The position numbers were made by a program, and so were the translations under genes. Below the pieces are notes generated by a model. It was not told the DNA's origin. It was given only the letters and a program-made list of their open reading frames with translations, and made no database searches. A stretch of 64,000 nucleotides of DNA, taken from the NCBI GenBank assembly GCA_029261035.1, contig JAJDCD010000005.1, positions 91,516-155,515 on the forward strand. The letters run 5' to 3'. Shown here piece by piece: positions 60,601 through 64,000 of the stretch (the first letter of the stretch is position 1; every line of letters starts with the position of its first letter). The DNA is from Candidatus Omnitrophota bacterium (GTDB lineage Bacteria; Omnitrophota; Omnitrophia; Omnitrophales; JACROU01).

Positions 60601-63333
60601 ATGCTTACAGAGTCTAGCTCTGCGAACAAAGAAAGCATTCGTTTAACGGTTAAAGGAGAGTCTAAGAAGCTTTATACCTTTTCTAATTCTTACAATAATG
60701 GCCTGTTTGCTAGTGTGGTTGCTATGAGGGAGATGGATTTGGTTCCTGACCAAGCTCTTCAATCTTTATTTAGAAGTCAGATGGAAGCGCAAGGCATTGA
60801 TGCTGATTTAACCCAAGGAGAGTGGGTTTTGATTTTTGCGAATAAAAATCCAGATGAGCCTTTGGATTGGGGGCAGGTTCACCCAATAAGTATCAGGTGG
60901 ATGAATCGTAATGGAAAGGGTCCTCATTCTTTTGATATTTCATTCTTGCGAAATATGCCATTGGAAAAAGTGTTTGGAGACTTTACTTCTTACTCATACA
61001 AAATATCAGAACAGCTAGGGTTGAGAAATGTAAAAAATTTTGATGAAGGCTCTCGGTTAGGAACGATGGTGTATCAAAATTTTAATTATCAAGATTTTGT
61101 TCGTAGCATTTCTTTTGATTATCAATTATTTCCAGTAGAAGCAGCTAGTTTAGGTGGGATAGACGGGCATAGAGTTAGAAGCTTTATTATTAAAAAGGGC
61201 GAAGAGGAGGCTTTGCTCCTTTATTTAGAGGAACCTTTTTCTGAGAAAATTAATATGGAGTTAGCTCTTCAAATAATAATGGGACGTATATTATTTGAGG
61301 ATGAAGAAATGAAGTTAAGTTATCAATACCTTGCGAGGGATTATAGAGTTTCAGAACAAGAGGTTCGGAATCTTGAAAATATTTTATATACGTATTTTTT
61401 AAATAGCATTTATTTTGGAGGTTTATTGAGACTTGTTAAAAACTCTAAGATGGATCAAGTTAAAGAGGCTCCTATACTGCATTTGAATATACCTCAACAG
61501 ATGGTGAGAGTTTTAAGTTTGTTGATTTCTGATAAACAGGATGGCGAACAAGGGTTGCCGACTATTGGGGCTTTATTAACAAGAGACCCTAATCGTATTA
61601 GAGATGTTTTTGAAAGGGAAGAGCTCAATTTTGATATCTTGATTAATAGATTGAAGCAGTTAGATTTGGAATTTCAGATGAAACTACAGTCAAAAGTTAG
61701 CGCTCAAAAGAAAAGAAAACCTAAACCAACCAAGATTCATAGAGAAGCACGTAAACAAGTGGCTCAGTTATTCTTAAAGCCAGAAGGTTATCGTTGGAGT
61801 GAGTCCAAGCGATCATTTGATGAGTTGGAAGGGCTTAATCTGGGGCCGTTGACAAAAAGAGGTATGCTTTATCTGAATCCAAGACCTAATTATAATTTGA
61901 TCCTTTCTTTGTTGGATAAAGAAGAAGCGGGCTGGGAACTAAGTGTTGTTAGAAGTGAAGTTTTATCGAATAGGCTTATTTTGACTGTTCAGCTTAGTCA
62001 TTCTGAGAGTGGTAAAATAATGATCAGAGACATTAGATTAGTTCCGAGCAAGAAAATGTTAAGAGGATTGGGCGCGGATAATAGAAAAGAATTTTGGATT
62101 TACTGGGGGATAGAAAGAGGGCCTGTTGCCATTGAGGTTCGTGGTTCTGCTAAGAATGCTCATAATGTTAAAGCAACTTCAGGAAGAGAAGTGAAGTTAA
62201 ATACTTTAACTCGGAACGAGTTATTAAGACAGTCAATTGAAATATTGGATTTAACAAGTTTATCAGAAGTTCGATTAAGACAAGCTTGGCATAACCTTTC
62301 CAGCAATGATGTGAATGGTAAAAGTAAATTGTTAGAAATGAAGGTTGGAGATTTAGTCAATTTGAAAAAAGATGATTTCCGCAGCGTTATCGGAGGGTAT
62401 ATTGCATTTAGACAAGCAAAAAGAAAACTGGAAAAATTAGGTCTGAGTTTAGCCGATAGTTTGGGGGCTTTGTTTAAAGATCAGTATGGAGTCTCAGAAG
62501 ATATAGTTTTAAAAGTGGTAAAAATGACAGGGGATGTGATAGGACTTGATTTGAAAGTTTATTTCCCTCATTTTTATAACGAGTTATTAAAGAAAATTCA
62601 GAATAAAGATATCAGTGCGGTGAACCGTTTGTTAGTTCAGTTGGGAGATGATCCTAAACTGAATGATTTGCTTAGCTATTTGGATCGAGGGCAAACACCT
62701 ATTCTTGTAACTTCGGAATTATCTCCAAGAGCTTTGATTCTTCAATTGATGTCGGAGTCTGTGGTTATTGTTGATTACAAAGATGAAGCTTATAAACAAC
62801 AATTTGACAGGCTCTTATCTGAAGCTATTCTTAAGCAAGGTTTAACGAAAGAAGAAACAAGGGCTATAAAAGATCGAGCTTATTTTATTCGTCGCTCTAA
62901 AGAGTCTAAAAGACAAGATATGTTAACTCAGCTATTTAAAGGAGAGAGGGTTTCAACCGATAGAGGGTTGTTGAGCCTTTCTCGAATGGCGCATGATTTA
63001 GGTGTTGATGTTCGTGGGCTCCGTCGAAAAGTTGTCTGGATGGAGGACAATCAGATGATCGATGAAATATTAGAACGGCTTATCGTGGGTTTTGGTTTGC
63101 CTATGGTTATCGATCCGGGGCGTGTACAGGATAATGAACAACGAGATTTTGTTGATACTCTTAGATTGTCGGTTGCATCTTGGCTGTCTCTAGATCCGGA
63201 ATTCTTGGTTAAAAAAGGCTATGCTAGCTTTAAAGATGATCGTTTCGTTATTACAGAACATTTCTTTGAGTCTTTCCTGAATGACCAATTGCTGAAAGAG
63301 AAAGTGAATCGATTGCTCGCCACTATGGCTTAG
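45670..63333 (+). CDS. Giant modular protein 3 (5887 aa): signal peptide, QDAH domain, 11 cargo modules, conserved C-terminal domain
   Basis: Uninterrupted 17.6-kb ORF with 12 (A/G)xSLG linkers and five paralogous HTH-array modules. The exact start codon is uncertain (GTG 45670 or slightly downstream). Confidence 0.88.
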   Translation: MSFRKVFAYLMGFLLAQKYRCLVRFISINLAFIFLLNTVVEAAPLMQHVMTPSVLSQSAINSFSQPPYLPLSPIQINSQIGSVQESYLPVTKKDSPQVYLIQDAHESLDAQENIKNILEKLVLEEGVDTLLFEGGSLDFNSSIYQFSSDMEINHRMWKELFRQGHLSGVELFALNQSGSVRLKGIEDESIYFKNLKTILDTNRLYKKSQDEILRIDQQYTIKKQKTFSEPLRKLIKERDDFRKNKNNFNPYMLFLMKEAKKRINLDLSQAKYQKQYPQLVRYSKISQFEKKIKENRDEVEKQRIELLELTQNKVAKSLTKESFLFLFNPEQHYLARDQLRWYFESWCEWAQAENIDVQLYSHFINWMAYHILKNEMKGPQLFDELQTIEILLLKNLNLSEEERKLLAEEDGWNLWNKLVSLKLTREEYERLRDTNPKNDLKGLNLLTQKALENYEWVIKRDAVLSEKAIEAINLSKSSRVAVVTGGFHSYFLTQKLKEEKKSYVLIAPRISQLERSLNYKDRIQQLFSSTTALDIPGALLSDLSKQRLLVAARSLGIQGAKKKDLPRKSGAQREDEIFRTHISVPMPEIEQMLSFPGRIQPSMQNALNETIKLIVTLFEDALISVNRNEVENLKRFQKYPGGIFYNHLTDELRGAISNSLDSTLERYRREGISREFIHIVFRVYKDQESNYFIDVIDEGVGETAINKTNVKRYSGERYLGKRGVDRGKSLESQVMGVFDAQLFEREDAQGAVLEIKLSQRKVLNHFKESMEGLNLRRVSKYMDSYGQSLGRTKEAYNMRINGNQVNILDAMMEGEFKTTWLTSFKPEALPKLKLPDKKESYSLDEAFIVFRQLKGSRSLTKSAFSAWVKKVLSRRASSRISRELLSNLVNTFSLSEARTHLGGDMVTVREKAKKAGAISVEHRMFISRDWVDRQRIYRYQLVPVHLLAKVMGVSKKVLLSYLEEPKKRFGDYLWEEDLLKKKSLLEVSAEGTKYHMDGAGKALMVSLVTAYQVISIYRKSLRNKKESYSVDELAGLLGVTKNILAQAIKSGEIAVIHLPFLGPEPRISIVDSEGILNIFSKVVKNYSKVLRPYTKKKISSWRELMAVVSGWETTNSLKEKWGFKSHNGIHQMMSRGKIKGFHIVHPLTEQGVWYFPPEEVGRVDDLEEMKLAKVLKMVNKGSRAKIKTRSELEKVLHSYFSLEKLEKRWSVSNRSLKGMIQRGTLEAVRLDFIGEQKRGYLVSPKEVKRIEGLEQKKLKKIKRFVSKFSSQTIKTIGKLRKVTQNWIKPTTLDERLGIRGGTVRQAIDNGLIQAVRMDLIAFGGDKSAYLIPTAEIKRLEGKVKALARDISAFSKSKPKTIQDIKTATREWLRIEDLAKEFDVSFETIFALVRSGEITAFKLDLIGLGASKAPYVIPPEEVSRIREEQNEKKRKVLSFVEQYENVSSEDEITVMRLKDITSRWVKLRQFKTEFGVHLATAFNYVRQGKVNAVQMDLLGYGGKKAFYLIPPQEIERIRQEDKLKLTQIIDFVRTYISSKRRVKTWEDVQQVTNSWLKIEDLVKAASVKFATASRWVKTGKVKGIKIKLIGKNNTNGYYIIPPQEIDRVKKERMDRNNLASSLGQESTAVVDVLYQKYRFLLPKSVQKQFNYELVAGWYEVVSSDTTVLPMKIFDFIQKVYSLLSPNEVNQVAVLLADFQKEITEILTADESLEPSEEEKAPQEVELVKAVALQKLVEKRPLVDEIWEGDKKARISMDPVFWGVLHSDEKKEWLKKIKKILTRNYSSLKKGLDYEEPIGGGKKFRSLKLGLVDAPLVLSHGVKIHAMQLKGVVFDSGNITDVFNMHHAKREWGQKLPDAPVVQPIYHEDGTISYIPRQWSPKGGMVLDEAKREFEMHRYFMKSGMPVNYPLAYGEFLGEKEPLGRKIGFVLLGQRFQQNYRFHDVLNRILNARYVVPIQELSKEGKTPEEIESLFRETELELLANIQSHGHLLRTIHTPMVQEEERWEGAFHGNLHPANVSVDPDYFLNIHDLTHAYNKEEVSSLKEQFARQLLDFDAALSRTLEDKVFMDSQLQDFHVRKGLPVSWKGMEYVKTFLLGYFYDFPPEVIEKVARTMVMEIEGHPITRTNNIIQKLGVTRLPAYQHPDFIFDLMRYVVGIKKDGTPLLEEEKESAKKEIEQKILASSLGRTKDHFNMTFEGHAFNILDEMKKGNFSMKWILNFKPEPLTRIQVPDKSVYVSRKTVLEAAKRKRFGLPLSAKRLEQLLKAGAIKQNEKGELSRYDAESFINAYSLRETAELTGLNRDRLSGLSGSKDRMVVVQGNYYVFHDWIEEMRARHHRLVPVSLLSEMLNLTHSTFLSNLRNPKKFLRPHLLRQLFDDRKNLLESRFTGEEYHYFGDHSPTLSVDILTAWSIFQLLQRVPNMETASTVDELSKKLYVNRVFVSKAIEEDRVEATLVRGMRKGGPVYLIDEEEVRRIEKEFNQKLKLLIKEVKAYVDSKVPLKTWEDIQEVVKNWDTTETLKERWNFKSISGIHEMMRREVLKGVNVVNPLSTVGVNYFPPQEVEKLDKRDRNKLDEILEFINRYRGSPITTRAEIDAAVSKWSTPTYLSKVTGIPRQTMTRRVKKGAVKGVLLDLIGFKKKFMVPPSEAQKFIQANSKISKASSLGRSKDHFDATVLGEEVNLLDAMKEGAFKVQWFFSFKTKKLPRVEIPKKQKYLTKKEVLQLVSQVKGKRRIGPLRLNQLIEKEYIKRDSNGNLNREDVLFFLNAFSLNEAAAFIGVNPDRLGKIALENGSVKYGKEYFVPYQWVELLRANFHDLVPIRILAEMLDMEFWNLVNKLRSPSNYFSEDIIKEFFPYQETLIDKRITGEEYHFINGNNVLAVDLATAWMLFVIFRMFPNPKKAATLTSLANKLSVNKTLVSTAVKEGRIKATLVSVLKKGVPSYLVDEEEFDRVIKEYSKKLKDLKALLVPYLRGKQLKTWQDIQEVVQGWDTAESLKEKWGFNQVDRIHRMVKRGLLKGVHVVNPLSVHGKWYFPPSEVEKVDVVDREKLQEALGFVNRYRKRKIRTREALIKSLKRWSSPVKLSKSTGIPRQTMTRLVRDGYVEHVKLDILGQRSRYVIPPEAAKRFIDELNEKIITFSDKHLSPYGQGARTYKQLKKLLNRWYTISELSKTTGINQEEIAWKVEIGELNSVNFDFTPLQGRIYIPPQEAEKLIQSSSVSANSLGVAKEHFDIFVNGKKVNLIDAMVDGSFRPEWISRFVPKSLHEVSLKNVAPSITFERAEELSKRLGQRVITVYMLSELQEAGIISKEFEGMISKEDLQFLINSRKLGEAARLVELNEADVWMFASKHGAKRLRREYFVPLEWIEEVMLRKHHLIPVQLLVDELGVNYASFVDRLKNPRKHFSKIIAEGYLEGRDSLLEPSLRGSLVHGNYQNFMIDLSLAWKVVRLIKEKSLSDGYITSDVLAERIGVDVNVILLGIRNELIKVKEISDIAGSGKYHYAISEDEAERIEKLFSAQLAVYQQTLEESGFIKRKLNGWKDLKKFIQSWLGTEQLRQRWGFTGNQAIMQMYQRGSVWGLELAHPLSRTAKVLFPLKEIRSIERKEKIKFELIAKFISEHVGVEVNEKAEMSDVFEDWYTVNDLLKATGYSRKKVMRQINNGNIPSIKIDLLAMQSRIVIPPTVAQLWIGQQQKPPSTASSLGRTTEDFNITVNGTPVNLLDAMMEGTFQISYLLQLYQPMKRQGHAPKKAYYSIDEVLEIFKEKGRGPIRKLHINEFVTMKRRKKEDKRIRHEELLWLLNTVPLKEVTKSLVGQHSDLRERALEGGAVLVKDRMFVPVAWLSQQQEKQANLVSVGLLAKVMGVYRTKLFKYILDPQGMFGEAIFNQYFQDKESLLELSQNGTVFHGTQKARMITLETAWAIVRIYKISLERAKGSIGIVALGEELGRDRYFVDKIIRRGEIDASFIPLVSDGKYKDRIVASELERIRALYRRSLASYSDVLKKYGVGPFKTWSELEEFFESWYTADDVRRRFGFKIKRSVYDMSERGVLTGIHVASPLMPQGQIRFFPVEVDNLFNKDLERVNEILVFINRFRKRPIGNKSQIQRAIRDWYKLPQLEKKWAVSDGTLLDSINKGSLEAINIGLIGMKEQGYWVPRQEVQRIEKEQKKRREEILKFVSQYTDESINTTKQLKKATRKWFAVEGAAKRLGVKKSLIKSMIKRKTIRSVKMDLLGYGGGNTLMMIPPQEIGRIEREEKEKLDRIIADISQFTEKPLMTVEDVLRATQSWVKAEEFAKEFGVNTAHVLALIRSNKIRAVEMNLLKVRGNKMFYLIPLSEVERFKLDQKNQLAEIIPQVREYTDAEIDTIEGLKKATLDWSSTGDFSREFGFPAASVTRMIKANNIKAIRFDLFGFGGKNRLYLIPPQEVASIRQEQERRFKEVQNYLLHNFNIEIMTLTDLEEVTQDWLGKEDVRRALKISQATFYSHVKDRKVKSVFIDLLGYKRRAGYYVSPYEVERWGGESLDEGASKRKGENIKLKAKKIKSKASSLGREIALLVAEEYPYNQLVLILDRVDSSSDYAEFEIRSKKQKIGEGSFFKGDDHWNLVHFELGSEYNYQEEGKEVIKWFARYLQNMFPGSRNPLRFGWVYNPEMLSLAHSVFEPDSMEIIFKKPGPWYSMADPSFNLFYSAGPLRIYDDVPLSTKEIKVIKQGSFYVPVSYPQEVKNVVVSKYHVSARYKSTGNLLRKIQFERPFSIKGKIRKSLLSSARSLGDEQDEYGLTRKQKEAVHHFLFPKDLSGEAILKQVLMLLIPYILLGGLVAAVMSREKKSDNQAVPQSTSEGKSLGGTRPLSAVDYFAQLEQELSEAWQAWDHQSSMMDMGFVESALEQKTNYYALMGLIANSFMHFSTPTSKLEEDDVVLYIAPNQNGNTGIYRVLSVSGMQVQLMNVANKTILVAETKKIRRIDLSKPRIMSQVEEMLTESSSANKESIRLTVKGESKKLYTFSNSYNNGLFASVVAMREMDLVPDQALQSLFRSQMEAQGIDADLTQGEWVLIFANKNPDEPLDWGQVHPISIRWMNRNGKGPHSFDISFLRNMPLEKVFGDFTSYSYKISEQLGLRNVKNFDEGSRLGTMVYQNFNYQDFVRSISFDYQLFPVEAASLGGIDGHRVRSFIIKKGEEEALLLYLEEPFSEKINMELALQIIMGRILFEDEEMKLSYQYLARDYRVSEQEVRNLENILYTYFLNSIYFGGLLRLVKNSKMDQVKEAPILHLNIPQQMVRVLSLLISDKQDGEQGLPTIGALLTRDPNRIRDVFEREELNFDILINRLKQLDLEFQMKLQSKVSAQKKRKPKPTKIHREARKQVAQLFLKPEGYRWSESKRSFDELEGLNLGPLTKRGMLYLNPRPNYNLILSLLDKEEAGWELSVVRSEVLSNRLILTVQLSHSESGKIMIRDIRLVPSKKMLRGLGADNRKEFWIYWGIERGPVAIEVRGSAKNAHNVKATSGREVKLNTLTRNELLRQSIEILDLTSLSEVRLRQAWHNLSSNDVNGKSKLLEMKVGDLVNLKKDDFRSVIGGYIAFRQAKRKLEKLGLSLADSLGALFKDQYGVSEDIVLKVVKMTGDVIGLDLKVYFPHFYNELLKKIQNKDISAVNRLLVQLGDDPKLNDLLSYLDRGQTPILVTSELSPRALILQLMSESVVIVDYKDEAYKQQFDRLLSEAILKQGLTKEETRAIKDRAYFIRRSKESKRQDMLTQLFKGERVSTDRGLLSLSRMAHDLGVDVRGLRRKVVWMEDNQMIDEILERLIVGFGLPMVIDPGRVQDNEQRDFVDTLRLSVASWLSLDPEFLVKKGYASFKDDRFVITEHFFESFLNDQLLKEKVNRLLATMA

Positions 63334-63354
63334 AATAGCTATTAGTTAAAGCAT

Positions 63355-63450
63355 TGTCATCCCCGCGAAGGCGGGGATCCAGATTCTTCCAGATAAAATA
63401 GCAATACTTCAGCTGTCATGGATTCCCGATACAAGATTTCGGGAATGACA
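63355..63450. repeat. GTCATCCCCGCGAAGGCGGGGATCC...GGGAATGAC palindromic REP-like element
   Basis: tgtcatccccgcgaaggcggggatccag...tggattcccga...tcgggaatgaca. Confidence 0.8.
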
Positions 63451-63542
63451 GTGAAATCATTATCCTTCTAAGATTAGGCTTGTTCCGTTATAATAATAGT
63501 TCAAATTCGTAGGGATGATAGTTAAGAGAGGTAATAGAATAT

Positions 63543-64000
63543 ATGAAAAGAGTTTTAGTTCCGATTGCAGATGGTTTTGAGGAAATTGAAGCCATTACGA
63601 TTGTGGATATTCTTAGGCGTGCTGGATTGAGAGTCTTTTTTTCTTCCTTGAAACAAGGGGAAGTTAGAGGATCTCGAAGGATTCGTGTGATTCCAGATCT
63701 GTTTATGAATGAAGCTGTTTACCAAGAGTGGGATGCCATCATTGTACCTGGTGGTAAGCAGAGTGTAGATTCTCTGCGTAAAGATCCGCGCTTGATGAAT
63801 TTGATTCGGAAGTTGAATGAGCAAGGAAAGTTGATCGGCGGTATTTGTGCGGCTCCTTATGCTCTTAGAGACGCGGGTGTTTTTGGAGATAAAAAAATGA
63901 CAACGTATCCTACTTTTGAGGATGAGTTTAAAGATTGCCAATTTGTAAACGAACCCGTGGTTTATGATCAAAATGTAGTTACGAGCCAATCTCCGGGAAC
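63543..64000 (+). CDS. DJ-1/PfpI (ThiJ/YajL-like) protein, runs off the window end; absent from the ORF track
   Basis: Own translation from ATG 63543: MKRVLVPIADGFEEIEAITIVDILRRAG...VPGG...GICAAP; RBS gagg upstream. Confidence 0.9.
   Translation, partial: MKRVLVPIADGFEEIEAITIVDILRRAGLRVFFSSLKQGEVRGSRRIRVIPDLFMNEAVYQEWDAIIVPGGKQSVDSLRKDPRLMNLIRKLNEQGKLIGGICAAPYALRDAGVFGDKKMTTYPTFEDEFKDCQFVNEPVVYDQNVVTSQSPG

Noticed and set aside
31566-62466. AGTTTAGG/AGTTTGGG as a DNA-level recombination site or CRISPR-like repeat
   Set aside because: Only ~8 nt are shared, synonymous variants occur (TCTCTAGG, AGCTTAGG), all copies are in frame and spacing is irregular (0.2-6 kb). A peptide motif explains it better, though the AGT bias may reflect common ancestry.
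29880-63333. RTX, MARTX, Rhs, CdiA, NRPS/PKS or adhesin identity for the giant proteins; inteins at the junctions
   Set aside because: I saw no GGxGxD, YD or haemagglutinin repeats, no Ig-like or A/C/KS motifs, no intein C/S...HN termini and no adjacent small immunity-like genes.
63555-63989. 144-aa minus-strand ORF
   Set aside because: It is the antisense shadow of the plus-strand DJ-1/PfpI gene starting at 63543.
1-64000. tRNA, rRNA, CRISPR arrays or transposases
   Set aside because: None were recognised by eye. A tRNAscan-SE or Rfam search would be needed to exclude small RNAs.

Overview
Low-GC bacterial chromosomal window. The first ~29.6 kb is ordinary housekeeping: partial GTP-PEPCK, ispG, thiolase, acyl-CoA dehydrogenase, DsbD-like protein, glucan phosphorylase, desaturase, cysK, LysM-amidase, a sigma54-preceded amtB-glnK pair, the prpDBC methylcitrate genes and a ferredoxin. 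It is interspersed with several families of palindromic intergenic repeats. From 29.9 to 63.3 kb are three tandem giant ORFs (3078, 1907 and 5887 aa) with a shared architecture. Each has a Sec-type signal peptide and a conserved ~500-aa N-terminal domain (IQDAH...EG...RD...GGFH, resembling the EreA/ChaN/TIKI/RRSP hydrolase fold). A variable string of cargo modules follows, separated by a short (A/G)-x-S-L-G motif (18 clear copies), and then a terminal domain ending ...SMA, ...SAA or ...TMA. In the 1907-aa protein the motif exactly brackets an intact phosphoglucomutase and a UDP-sugar pyrophosphorylase. In the other two proteins it brackets HTH arrays, a kinase-like module, a GHKL-like module and a sigma4/alpha-CTD-like module. 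The best hypothesis, which is inference, is an exported, self-processing, modular polyprotein or effector-cassette system analogous in logic to MARTX toxins. The lineage cannot be established from the sequence, but the giant genes would fit Omnitrophota/PVC bacteria.
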